Positions 13,255 through 26,224 of a DNA stretch of 64,000 nucleotides are shown one piece after another. The position numbers were made by a program, and so were the translations under genes. The DNA is taken from assembly GCF_006345805.1 (NCBI RefSeq), contig NC_043014.1:682001-746000 (forward strand), written 5' to 3'. Under the pieces are notes generated by a model that made no database searches, had not been told where the DNA came from, and saw nothing but the letters and a program-made list of their open reading frames with translations. How positions within the stretch are numbered: position 1 is the stretch's first letter; the number at the start of each line of letters is the position of its first letter. Origin of the DNA: Octopus sinensis (lineage: Eukaryota).

Positions 13255-13430
13255 TAAAGCATTAAATTTTTTTCTCTCCTTGTTTTTTCTGTGTCCCTTT
13301 CTGTAGAAGAGCGTAGGCTCGAAACGTAAAAGACTTTTTCTATTCCTGAGCATTATACTAATACATCTGTTTGTTTTGTACACCACCTGTCTTCGTCTTT
13401 TGTTTTTTTCGTAAGCTCTCCCTATATATA
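13255..13430 (+). mobile_element. Second Penelope-like terminal repeat with a hammerhead-like motif at 13297-13332
   Basis: CTTT-CTGTAGA-A-GAGC(GTAG)GCTC-GAAA-CGTA-AAAG; ends in (TA)n. Confidence 0.4.
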
Positions 13431-13828
13431 TATATATATACACATACTCATAACGCTTTTTTAAAATACATACATTACCAAAATGCACATCTCTGAGTCT
13501 GTGGTGAGCTCAAAAAACATGTTGGAATGTAACTCCCTTCTGGATGAATACCCAAATGAAATACCCAAATAACCAGTTTCAGTTTTAAAATTTAAAATTA
13601 ATTCAATTTAATTTAATTTCTCTAATTGAACTAATTGGGTATGGAAATGCAAACATCCCTTAAAGGGTTATAGGTCCTTGGCATGATTATTAGTATGAGA
13701 GAGAGAGAGAGAGAGAAAGACCAACACAAGCATATTATCACACACGTGTGCACATATATACACATCGTGTGCACAAACAAGCATGTGTGTGTACATTCAT
13801 TTCTGTCTAGTTATTGCCACACACATAC

Positions 13829-13841
13829 CTGAAAACAGGGT
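13829..13841 (-). CDS. Candidate 13-nt microexon of gene A, or a recursive AG|GT site at 13829/13828
   Basis: catttcccacag|ACCCTGTTTTCAG|gtatgt. Confidence 0.35.
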
Positions 13842-14639
13842 CTGTGGGAAATGTGACCCATTTTTGTTGCCCGCACCATTGCACTGTCACTTAATTTTCC
13901 AATCAAACTGATTTGCTTATTGTTAGCTTCCATATTGGTGTTGGCTCCTCGGTGCCCCGACTCTGTTTTACACCTTTAATCAACTGCCCCAGCCACCACC
14001 ACCACCACCACCTTTAACCCTTGCACTGACAGAAAGTCACTGGCTCCTCACAAAAACACTAAAACAGAAGTGGGGGGATGTGGTGCGAAGTGACAATAAC
14101 AACAATAACAACCCCCACCACTGAATTCAATACTTGTGACAAAAGAACACAGTAAACCACCACCACCACCATCACAACAACAACAACAATGATAAGACCA
14201 AATCGGAGAAAACAAAGGAGATTGAAGTGAAATGCTTAAACAAAAAGCAAACCCTCAACGTGTTACAATAGAAAAAGATTGATAACACACACACACACCA
14301 CACACACACACACAAGACAGTAAGCTCTTGAAAGTGCTACAGAGATTAAATCAGCCAATGGTGGTAACTTCCAAGAAATGCTGAAACAGTTTTAACGGTT
14401 TCTTTCGAAAACCCAGATGTTTCTTTTTAAATCTTATTGAATAATAATTGGTTGAATTAGAGACAATTAGTTAGTTAATTAACAAAATAAACAAATGAAA
14501 TAGACTCAATTTGTGTGTGTGTGTATCATTGGCTTAATGACCCTCTCAAGATAATAAAATTAGACAAAAAGCTGATAACATTTTTACTTTATCAACACAC
14601 ATTATCTATCTAATGTGTGTGTATGTATATATATATATA

Positions 14640-15925
14640 CAGGGTGTGGTGAATAAATTGCTATCTAAATTATGCAGAAATGAAAATAGCACTGACATCT
14701 CATTTTAACAGATATATTTACCAAAATTACAAAAAAATACCTTGAAATACTAAAGAGTAAATTTATTCAATAAAATCGACATTGGCTTCAACCACGACCT
14801 CCAGAAGACTTCGGAGTCTTCTGCAAGTCTTCTGGACGGTCTCCTTAATTAAATTGGTGAATGCTGCCACAATCCTTGTATTCACTTCATCTTTGGTGTT
14901 ACAAGGAGTTTTGCTGGTCTCTTGCTCAACTGCGTCCCACACATAATAATCAAGGGGGTTGCAGTCTGGGGAGTTATGTGGCCAGATGTTAGGGATGATG
15001 TGGTCACAGCAATTGTCTGACAGCCATGACTGGGCTCTCCTGCTTGTTTGGCATGTTGCAGAATCCTGTTGCCAGACGTAGGGTCTTCCAGCAGCCACCC
15101 TCTTGATCCAGGACAGCACTACCTCCTCCAGGCACTTGATGTAGGCTTCTATGTCGAGTCTGAGGCCATGTGGGAAGTTGAATGGAGGCATGATGTCGCC
15201 ATCACTAGTGATCACTCCAAACACCATGATGTTGACTGGATGTTTGATGTTTATCACTCTCGGTACATGTTTTGGGGGACACAGCAAGCCAACGGTTGTT
15301 CTCTGTGTTCACCATCTGATCCTGGCAGAGATTCTTCTCATCTGAGAAAAGCCAAAGCATGTTTGGTTGGAGGGGTTGCTTGAGTTTGTTCAAAAGCCTC
15401 GTAGTATGGTCTTTCCTCTTGTCCTTGATGCCTAGGGATAAAAATTGACCCTTTCTCATCTTTCATAAGGAATACTGAATGTCTTCATGCACTACCAACC
15501 TGATAAGAAACTCAGACACCCCCATGTCCCTGACAATGGACCTGTTTGACTTGGAGGGACTATTGTTAATCATGGCCTGGATCTCACCAACAAATTCTGA
15601 AGTCCTTTTCTTATCAGAACAACCAGAGTGAGTTTTCTGAGCTGCTCTACCTTCCTAATCACCATCAGACTCATCCAACTCTTTCTAAATCCTTTGCACT
15701 GTCCTCAGAGTGACACCCAAACACTCTGAAATGGTTGTATTGGAGCTTCAAGCATGAAGGCCAAGCAGTACAGCATGGTCATTTCCAAATTCCTGGCAGA
15801 GTGAATTGCTTCATGAGGCTGTTTTTCTCACAGATGGTGCCCAACTGACCCTACTATACTGTGCAGTTAACAAAATCAAAAACAAACAATCCGTGAAAGT
15901 AAAAATATAAAATGGCGACAGGGAA
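14640..15925 (-). mobile_element. Tc1/mariner maT-type (DD37D) transposon, frameshifted
   Basis: FSDEK in one frame; WQQDSA...WPHNSPDCNPLDYYVW in ORF 14763-15287, with 37 residues between the 2nd and 3rd Asp; TIR TA-CAGGGTGTGGTGAATAAATTG at 14640. Confidence 0.85.
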
Positions 15926-17752
15926 AAAACAACAATGGGAGGACATGGTACATGCAAAGCATTAATAAGATGTTCAGAGAAAGAAAGAAAGGGTGTTGTT
16001 TTGAGGAAAGTTCTTCTTCCGAAACAGGAGTCCGAGGAAAGTCCAAGAGAAAAGGAAGACGGAGGAAAAAAATTGCCAACAGTCCACATGGTTGCACACA
16101 CGCACACACAGACACACACACACACACATGCACACACATGCACACACAGACACACACACACACACACACATAACCTTCCTCCTCCATTCTCTTTCCTGGG
16201 AGAGAGAGTTGTGGGGAGGTAGATGTCAGGGAAATTATCAATTAACCCACCACATTTTATTTTCTGTATGGGGCTCAAGTATTAACTGAGGTCACTAAAC
16301 AATAGCAGAGTCCCCGAACATGTCCCCCACCCACCCACATACACACACACCACAATCAATAAAACTGACCCCTAATCAACAACACTGTCCTAAACATATG
16401 ATCCTTAATGTACAGTACCAACCCAACCATGTGTGATGTTACTGAAAGGTAGACACCCCCCACCATCACCACCAAGTAAAACTAACCCCTAGTCACACTA
16501 ATGTAACCCAGTTACCTTTAGTTGCCGTCCCCAATTCAAGACAATCACAGAAGTAACGTGACTTGACCCTTATGAAAACAGCTGGAAACTCTGAAGTGCC
16601 AGGACAGATATTGGAGCAATATGTGGTCCCCAGACCCCTCGGATCCTGTTAAACCATCCAACCCATGTCAGTATGGAAGATGCACAGTAAATGATGAGGA
16701 TGATGAGGATGGGTGTGTTGTTGTTGTTGGGGGGGATGGTGCTGATAATTATGATGATGAAGATGATCTCAGAGGCTCTAAAGGAATGGTAAATCACCAT
16801 CACTTCTTGACAGCAACTCCATTTTATAGACCCTGGAAGAATAACAACCAAATTTGAACTTGATAGGATTTGAACTCTGGACCACATACGTGTGTACATG
16901 TTTCTCTCCCTGAGTTGACATCACACGGTTGTTATAAATGAGCTTCACTCTCATACAAGTGGTGCCTCTGTTTCAAGTCTTTGTCGTAAATACGCCCAGC
17001 CATGGGGAAATATTAGCTTGCTCGGAGACAAGTGAGAGTTGGCACCAGGCAGAACATCTAGCTGCAGAGAACCCACCTAACCCATGCAAGCACAGAAAAG
17101 TGGACGTTAAACCAACATTTTAAGATACTCTAGATGAGACACCGTTAAGACATTCTCTTAAAATGCAGTAATTAATCATGGACTTTCCTGTTGTGGACAA
17201 ACGAGAGTTCTATAATTTCGTGCTGAACAATTTATACAGATGAATTGTTTATCAAATGTTTGTGTTACACATTAATTCACCTCCTTTCATTAAATTGACA
17301 TTGCTGTACAGGTGACCCACACAGGGTGAAGTTTCTTGCTCAAAAACACAACACGCAGCCCAGTTCAGGAACCAAAAACACAGTCTCATCACTGGGCCAT
17401 GTCCCCTCATACATTAATAACACACTTGGGTTAAGACATACTCATATTTAAAACACACCTAATTAGAACACTTGACTTCAAATAACATCGTGGCTAGCAT
17501 TTAATATTAAGACAGATCTTAATGAAAATGAAAGAGAAGTGAGTTTGTTGTGACAGTGGAATAAGCTTCAAGTTAAGAAACCCACAGTAATTAAGAGAAC
17601 ACTCGTTAGGTTTTAAACGAAATATATATCTTGGAGTTTGTTGAGACAATAGTTTATTTATGGAGCTGGTGTGTGTGTGTGGGTGGGTGGGTGGGTGGTA
17701 GATAACTTGTTTATTGTGAAAGATTAACTGAATTTACAACAAATAGACTCAC

Positions 17753-17769
17753 TTATCTGCACCAGGCAG
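17753..17769 (-). CDS. Candidate 17-nt microexon of gene A (LPGAD)
   Basis: gtgtgcattttcag|CTGCCTGGTGCAGATAA|gtgagt; TGC just upstream of the 3' splice site. Confidence 0.4.
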
Positions 17770-17820
17770 CTGAAAATGCACACATATATACACATATGCA
17801 CACATAAATATATAGGTGCA

Positions 17821-17869
<49 letters not shown>

Positions 17870-18289
17870 ATGATATACACACACACACACATTGTTATTT
17901 TACACCCATTTTTCACACTGGTTTCGGTCCAGCAAAGTGCATCTAGGATTACATGATCAACCAATGTGTTGCTTCTTTCTGAATGTAGTATAGTTGATTT
18001 GAGTGTGATTCAGTTGCTATTTCTAGCATGTTAAGTGGAGTATGTTGTTGTTGTAGCTTAACCCTGGGTGTGCCATCATGTGGCACACCGATGATCAAAA
18101 TGCTCCAGCTGTTACTCAACCCTCTCCCCTTCCTAAGATAAACCATGAATGAAAGATCCTGCTTGTCCTCATTCCACATCCACTCCTACATGTTGGCTTG
18201 GGTTGGACAGGTTGTTTTCTAATTAAGAGCCGAGTTAATTGAGCTGTGAACTTGGCTGGTTTTCACAAAAGACAACAATGAAATTACAA

Positions 18290-18602
18290 GAAATCTGACT
18301 CATCCTGATAAATGGTACACAGTCTCTTCTATGCTTCCTCTTGTTCCCACAAATCCACTACGAAAACAAACATTCACACCAACTTCTGCGTAGGTGCTCC
18401 ACTCAGTAATATGGCAACTTGACCCGAATGACTACACAAATCACTTCCAGACAACAAAGATATTTACAACTTAAAATAGTTGCCAAATTAATGAATGGAG
18501 CACCTAAGAAGGCGTTGATGTTTGTTTGTTTTGGTGGGGGATTTGTGGGAACAAGAGGAAGTGCAGAGACTGTGTACCATGTATCAGGGTGAGTCAGGTT
18601 TC
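18290..18602. repeat. Long imperfect inverted repeat (foldback)
   Basis: Arms ~18290-18419 and ~18478-18602 are reverse complements (CTGACTCA.CCTGATA.ATGGTACACAGTCTCT...CTTCCTCTTGTTCCCACAAATCC...TAGGTGCTCCA...GGCAACT). Confidence 0.85.
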
Positions 18603-19259
18603 CCACTGTTTCCTCTACGTGCCATAAGAAGGAGACTAGAAGAGGTAGGATTCAAACCCCAACCTCATAAAACCCTCACCAGCAAGAACTCCACAAAAAC
18701 AGACCCATGGGTTGGAAGGTTGTCGCCAGAGTGGTGCGAAGGGGTCATCCGTCAGGAATTGTTTGTAAGGAAAAACTAACGATATGGGGGATGCAGTGAC
18801 ACGTCTGTTACAGTGCATGGCCTCATACTACTACTACTACTACTACACATCTTATAAATAAAATCAGAGAGAGATTGCAGAAGCTTGTTTGATGGATTCT
18901 GGTAATTCACAGACCTCATCCCATTCACTGTGTTTGAGTTACTGATTCTACGTCAGAACCCTGCTGAGCATACACATGTCTCTGGAACACTCAACCACTA
19001 TCATGTTAACTCAGTAGCAGATAATGTCATCAGATGGCCATTGTTATGTAGATTATTGGATCCCAAGGTATTTTAAATTCAATTAAAAATCATAGTTATT
19101 ATTGTCAAAATGTTTGAGTAAGGCAAATGGTTGAGGGGGCGTGGGGGGTGGAATCCTAAGTTGGGGGACACTCAACTGTTAGGGGTGGGAAGGGGGTATT
19201 AGTATATGCATGTATGTTATATACACACACATCTGTGTTAGGTCTGTTCCAAGTAGTAA

Positions 19260-19545
19260 GCCGACAAAGCACATTCACTGTCTATGGCTACCTGATGTCA
19301 TCACTGGATCCACCACATGGGACACTTTTTGCAGGTCCACATGTTATTAAGCTTTTCCATGGATGTTCTTGCCATGATTGACCAGGTCTTCATTTCTTTC
19401 TTACAAGTGGCTTCATCTGAGATTTGGGGTCCAAGGTTCTTGTACAAGTCACTGTCCAGTTTGATTAGAAACATTCACTTTCTGTTTCCTAACGCCATGC
19501 ACATCTGATTCCTTCTCAACTCTCATTTCTTGTAGTCCAAGATAA
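19260..19545 (-). mobile_element. RTE-like LINE RT C-terminal remnant
   Basis: YKNLGPQISDEATCKKEMKTWSIMARTSMEKLNNMW resembles YLG..IS.DG.C.KEI..RI.MAR..F.KL..IW. Confidence 0.55.
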
Positions 19546-20916
19546 ACGACACCTGAATTGAGGAGGAGATGGTCACAGTTGTATCAAGGCTGACTTAGGG
19601 CTAAACAACATGTCTGAATCGAAGACAGGATGGTCATGTGTGGACCATTTTTAATCATAGATCTGTTGGATTAACATTGATCAGGGACTAAATAACAACA
19701 CAATCAGTACAGTTAGTAAATCAGACTGATCAATCTTCAATCAGTTATCAATTACTCAACCAATCACCACTCAATCCATTAACCAGTCATAAATCAACAA
19801 TCAGCTATAAATCATGAATTAATTAATCATCAGTTAGCTAATTGTTAATGAATCAGTCACTCATAAATCACCTAGCATCAGCCAATCCACTGTCAATTTA
19901 TCAGTCAGTCACCAGTCATTAGTCAACCACTCATCAGTCAATAAAGTACAGCTGTTTACCCTTCATGTAAGACATCTTCCCTTTGTTGCTATTTCATACA
20001 AAACTTCCATTGTTTCTTCTTCAACAGAAAAATACCTTTGCCAACAAAACAGTCTTTTCACAACACATTTCTGTAACTGAGAAAGAGGAGGATAGGGGTG
20101 GGTGGGTGGGGGCGGTGATAGCACCACTTGCAAGTGACGTCAGCTCCACCACCGCTATTGTCATCATCACCATCATCACTACCATCGCCACCAGTCAACA
20201 TTACAACCAGAAACAAGGCCACCACCACCACCACTGCCACCCACACAACACTGTGACCTTATCTGATTCTATTTCATTCTGTAAAATATTCTGCTACTTA
20301 ACTAAATATATATTTTCACACACACACGCACACACACACATAGACACAGGTATACACCCATACACACACACACACACACACATTTTTGACAGCTTTATAA
20401 TTGCAGCAACTGTCTCGGCATCCTTCTGCTTCCAATTTGTTGTTGCTGTTGTTGTTGTTGTACTCAAGGCCTTAAATGAGGTAGAATCGATGAAGAGAGT
20501 CAACCACAAAATTCTTCCAGGGCCAACAAAATAAAGGACCAGGTGTGTGTGTGTGTGTGTGGAGGCGTGTCAGTGTAATCGACCGACTCCCCCTCCCCTC
20601 AAAATCGCTGCCTAAATTAGAAACAAATATTGTTCTTGTTGCTGTTAGTACTTCTCTTGTTGTTTTTCTTATTGTTTTTAATAGTTCAGCTCTACAGTTA
20701 CGCAGTTCTCTCTTCTTCTTCTCCCCCCCCACTCGCACTATTATTTAATGCATTTTCCTCTCCGCCACCTCCCCCCTTCATTCCTCTCCCTCTCTTGAAA
20801 CCCTCTCATGACGCCATATCCTGCTTCTCTTCCCACCCTCTCCTCCGTTTCTACACTTCCATAACTTGTTCTGTCGCAATCACCGACAGATTTGGGGTCT
20901 GCTGAGAAAAGGTCAT

Positions 20917-20972
<56 letters not shown>

Positions 20973-21263
20973 CGCACGCACACAGAGCAACAAACAGGCA
21001 GCAGGACAGAGAATAGAGAGAGTGAACAAGAGAGAGAAAAGGAGGAATTACGGAGGAGTAGGAGGAGGAGGTGTCCCAATGAAGAAATAATGGAGTGACT
21101 GGTGACATTATTTTCTGAAAGAAAGTCAATTGGACGCCTGACATAACAATATCAGACAAGCTGGCTGTCGTGGCTACAGTGAAGTTGTGGTACTTTGGTT
21201 ATATGACAGACAGTACCTTGGTAGGGTACTGTGAACTGTGTGCACACTGTGGTATCTACTTAC

Positions 21264-21289
21264 AGCTAAGTAAACTGGGCTGGTTGACA
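21264..21289 (-). CDS. 26-nt microexon of gene A (V-STSPVYLA, phase 1-0)
   Basis: ccatttttgtcttttaacttatttacag|TGTCAACCAGCCCAGTTTACTTAGCT|gtaagt; both splice sites are strong. Confidence 0.5.
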
Positions 21290-22234
21290 CTGTAAATAAG
21301 TTAAAAGACAAAAATGGCTTTTAGAATAAAGGAAATCTTTCTGTTTTAACACTGAGATCTTGAGCAAGACTTTTGGTTTTTATATAATCTATGGTTATGT
21401 ATTAATATATGCAAGAAGTAAAAGAGTTGTTGATATCAGATTGGATTTCAGCTCTTCCTTGTAACTATTCCATTCACCGACAGATAATTGTTTTGGGTGA
21501 GGCATGAATGTCACAACTGCTTATGTACACCTTGTTGCAACAGAAATCAGAAGGTAGACTTGAGAAGGAGAAGAGATGAGTAATGTTTAATCAATGACTA
21601 AATTTCACTCTTAATGTCAATAGAAAGGACCAACTGCTGCAAAAGAAAGAGAAGGGTCGCTTTAGTGTGTGCTCTACAGGGTCATTTACACTTTAGCTAA
21701 CCTTAATCCTAATTCCCCTAACCATAACCCTCAACGTAAACAACTATAGATACTGTGGTAGACTGCATACTAAAGTAACACCCCTTGTATTACTGGTACT
21801 TCTTGATCCAATGAGGGGAGCCTACCATGTTCACTGGACGTACTTAAATTATACAGTTTTCTTAGACACTGGATAATATAGCCCTAGGTGAACCTAGGCA
21901 GACATAATAAAAGACTGAACAGTCATGGCTGGAAGAATTTTTGATTGTAGGGGTTAGGGTTGGATCAGGATGGATTTGAACCCAATACCAACACCTCCAC
22001 CAAGTTCATCCTTATGACCACTGCCACCACCATTATCATCATCACCATCATCATCAACTACATTGCCATAGGATGAACACCACACATTCCCCTTCAATTT
22101 TATGTTGTTATATATACACTTGCAACTGTATTTTAAGTTTGTCGTCAAAGCCAACAGGTCTGAAATTGTCTCGTTTTATAATTTGCAGCTTCCTCTTTTA
22201 ACGAGTTTATTTATATCAATGTGTGTGTGTGTGG

Positions 22235-22292
<58 letters not shown>

Positions 22293-22572
22293 CATCATTT
22301 AACTTCTGACATCCACGTTTGTGTGGGTTGGATGATTTGAGGAATTGTCCAATGTCACTGGATGGCATTGACTGCCAATGGTGATGATATAAACACACAC
22401 ACACACATGAGGTTGCAAATGATAGAAACGAAACACGTTTCTGTGGCACCAAAAAAGGGTCGATCACCTTGTGTGCAACATGGTTTCTGGATTCCCTTCC
22501 TCAATGCCAACCATTTTCCAGAGGGTTCTGGGTTCTTTTTTCTGTGGTGCCAGCACTAGTGATAATTATTAC

Positions 22573-22617
22573 CTTGTATGTAACTTGCTAGGTTAAGGGC
22601 TAAAGTGGCCCCTTTTA
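22573..22617 (-). CDS. 45-nt exon of gene A (V-KGATLALNLASYIQ, phase 1-1)
   Basis: ctcctctctcttctgctttccttcag|...CAAG|gtaata; only phase 1 is open, matching exon 1. Confidence 0.55.
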
Positions 22618-23074
22618 CTGAAGGAAAGCAGAAGAGAGAGGAGTGAGAGATGATTCCAGGTAGAGGGATGAGGAATGGTAAATATGTATGCGTGTGTGTG
22701 TGTGTGTATAGTATACTAAAACTGAAAGTTAGTCTGTTTTCCTGGCATTTGATTAAGATGATAAAGATTACAAATAAAAAAGTCATTTCCCCCTTTTAAA
22801 AAAAAAAAGTCAAGTTGAAAATGTTGACACTTCAAAGAGTTGCCATAGCTACGGCTCTCCGTCCTTTGCTTTTTTCTTCCCTTAATCATTTAAACAACTT
22901 TCAGAGTGCCATGGAATTGAAAGATAGAAATTCTCCCTATATTTTTATGAGACATTTTTGAATCATTGGTATTTGATATTTCTTTTTCTTTCTTTTTTTC
23001 TTAAAGGGAAAAATTACTATTTTATTTAAAATAAAATATTAATCTTTATGATCTTAATCAAAAGGCAGAAAAAC

Positions 23075-23109
<35 letters not shown>

Positions 23110-23231
23110 GATGGAGAGAGAAAGGGAGAGAGAGAGAGAGGGAGACTATGTCTTTATAGACAAAGATCAGTTGCAATGGGAGTTCTCTCCTATGACATCT
23201 GTCACACACTGTCATGCAATCCGAAATACTT

Positions 23232-23590
23232 CAGTTCTTTGGTCATCATGACGCTGAACACAGGCAAACTTCTTTTTTGCTTCTCCCATGGCTAGATACA
23301 CCTGTCCCCTAGCTTCCCTTCTGGCTATCTGATACAGTTTCCTGCTGCCCCCAGTCTTCCAGGCTTGTTTCTTTGCTGTAATGGCCCTGTCTACAGTATT
23401 GTTCCACCACCACGTTGCCCTAGGTCTGGAAGGGACTTTGCATCAGCCACAGATTTGGTCTGTGGTGCTCAGCAAACTGTCCCACTTGAATTCCCAGTTG
23501 CCCTCTATGTCACAAGTTTGTAGCTCCCCCTCCTGCCTCTCATCAAATTTCTCAATCAGGATGACTAGTTTGCAGAATGCTGTTGGGACA
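23232..23590 (-). mobile_element. RTE LINE fragment (same family as 60.5-62.3k)
   Basis: Reverse complement matches the ...ATDQICGWCKVP.RPR.TWWWN... region. Confidence 0.8.
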
Positions 23591-23689
23591 TGAAGACAAC
23601 TCGGAAGCTCACTACTCAATGAACTCAGCAAAAACACAGCAGAAACGAATAAATGCTCTAAATTATTTGTGGATTAACTTGTTTGAGCT

Positions 23690-24202
23690 GAGACAAGGGG
23701 CCAGGCAAATCATGATGATCCCCTTTTTTTGACAGCAAGGGGATCATCTGCATCTACTGGGTTCCCTTTGGTCAGATGGTCAACAAAGAGTACTTTGTGA
23801 AAGTTTTGAGGGAGTTTAGGAAGAGAATTCATCACAAAAGACCAGAGCACCTGCACCGGGACAATGCACCTGTCCACAATTCCATCCAGGTAACCAACTA
23901 TTTGGCAGAAAAGCGTATCAACATTCTCCCTTGCTCTCCCTACAGTCTAAACCTTGCTCTTGGTTATGTCCCCAATCTCAAGGAGGAGCAGTCGTTTTGA
24001 AGATAAAGAAGGCTGTGACAGGGGTCTTGGACACTTTCACTTTAGAAGACTTCTATGGGGCCTCCATGAAGTGGCTGGAGCAGCACACCAAGTGTATTGA
24101 GGTCAGATGAAACTACTCTGGAGGGGATTAGAGGTTGTACTTCTTGGAAATTAGGAAATGTCTCTCTTGAAAAAGTTCCAAAGCTTCTGGAATGCACTTT
24201 GT
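23690..24202 (+). mobile_element. mariner transposase remnant with 3' TIR
   Basis: VNKEYFVKVLREFRKRIHHKRPE..LHRDNAPVH...LPCSPYSLNLA (HDNA and YSPDLAP motifs). Confidence 0.8.
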
Positions 24203-24894
24203 GTATGCATGCGTGTGTGTGTATATATATATATATAATCATATCTGATGTTGTAATCGGAGGAAGTGTGCCAAAGATGAAATTGTTTAATTAGATCCTG
24301 TTTCACATGAAATATGAGAGGTTGCTTTCTTCAATGACTGTCGATATTTGAGAAAATCATGTCCGTGTTTTGTTTTGCATCAGATTTAGTGACTTCATTT
24401 CTAAGTGTTTTCAGACACCCAAATATTCCTGCTACACACACACACACACACTTATTCTTCAGCAAACAAAGAAGAGACAACCTTCCCCCCACCCAAACAC
24501 AAACCTCCCCAGTTTTTATTATTGCTTATCTCCATCTTTCAATTCTAATTGTTGTTGTCATTTCAATAATTTAGCTAATTACGTATATTCATTAGTGAAG
24601 TTTTTCAAAATGGAATCAGAGCTCAGCAGTTGTCCAGAACTACTCCCATCCTCTCTACTGACAAAAGTTACTCACCAACCCACACTCAGGATCACACCTC
24701 GTTAGCATTCACAATTTTAACAATCAGAATTAGTGCCACATTTTGGCTATTAATAACAGTTAATACCCAACAGTATGACAACTACCTATCGCACACCAAA
24801 ATGGCCCACACTCTCTCTAGTTATGTGTATGCATGTATATCTATCTATACATCTATCTACTTCTCAATCTTTCTATATATATATATATATCTAT

Positions 24895-25055
24895 CATCAT
24901 CATCATCATCGTTTAACGTCCGTTTCCCATGCTAGCATGGGTTGGACGGCTCGACCAGGGTCTGGGAAGCCAGGGGCTGCACCAGGCTCCAGTCTGATCT
25001 AGCAGTGTTTCTACAGCTGGATGCCCTTCCTAACGCCAACCACTCCGTGAGTGTA
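24895..25055 (-). mobile_element. 5'-truncated SINE A in (TA)n
   Basis: Family core and (CAT)n tail. Confidence 0.8.
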
Positions 25056-25799
25056 GTTATATATATATATATTTTTAATATGTGACCGCGTGTGTATCGT
25101 TGGCGATTTTCTTTCTCCATGTGTAAGCATGGATTTGTGTGTGAGAGGGAGGGAGAGAGAGAGAGAAACTGTCTGTGAGTGAGTGAAAATACAGACAAAA
25201 CTAAACGGCTGGAAAAGAAAGAGGAGGAGGAGGAGAGAGATGAGAGGAGATTGTCAGGTTAAGGGAAAAGGTGGTCCATGAGAAGAAAGAGAGAGGGGTG
25301 GGAGGAGGTGGGGAAAGACAAAAGGCAAGAATTAGAGACTATATAATAATACTACTACTACTATTACAATGCCATACCATATAAGGAAAGCATGTCAACA
25401 GTTCCAGCTGGTTCATGGCTGACCTTGGCAGGTCAAAGAGGAGCAGGTTTTGTCAGGCAGAAATGCTAGAGTTGGGGGTTGTAGGGGACGACATTCATTT
25501 TATTGTGATTCAGTTTTAAAAAAAGGGGAACAATAGCAAAAAGTATGAAGGAATTTTTAGCTGGGTCACATTGTTTTTAATTTGATTCTTTGTTCTCGAT
25601 TTTGTCTGTTCATGGATTGATATACAATTTGTTTCCTGTCTCCAAAATGGCAACTCTCCAACAAATTAGAATCAAGAGAAAACATTTGGGTCTTGATCTG
25701 TTTGCTTTTTTTTTTTGCTTTTTTTTTTCTGTCTCATACCTTATGATTAAAACAAAAATGCAACCCCACCTCCAACAGATAGCTTTAGTACATGTGTGC

Positions 25800-26195
25800 A
25801 TATTTACTCTTACTTGTTTCAGTCATTTGACTGCGGCCATGCTGGAGAACCGCCTTTAATCGAGCAACTCAACCCCGGAACTTATTCTTTTTTGTAAGCC
25901 CAGTACTTATTCTATCGGTCCCTTTTGCCGAACCGCTAAGTAACGGGGACATAAACACACCAGCATCGGTTGTCAAGCAATGCTAGGGGGACAAACACAG
26001 ACACACAAACACACACACGCATATATATATATACATATATGCGACAGAGTTCTTTCAGTTTCCGTCTACCAAAACCACTCACAAGGCTTTGGTCAGCCCG
26101 AGGCTATAGTAGAAGACACTCGCCCAAGGTGCCACGCAGTGGGACTGAACCCGGAACCATGTGGTTGGTAAACAAGCTACTTACCTCACAGCCAC
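25800..26195 (-). mobile_element. Full-length tRNA-derived SINE B/C with internal (CA)/(TA) microsatellite
   Basis: Pol III box A/B head at ~26130-26195 on the minus strand; tail matches 4655-4880. Confidence 0.85.
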
Positions 26196-26224
26196 TCCTG
26201 TAGTTTCAGCTCATAGCTGTGGCC

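Noticed and set aside
19960-19975. Alternative start exon MSYMK(G)|gtaaac
   Set aside because: Splicing to the 17-nt exon in phase 1 gives a stop within 6 codons.
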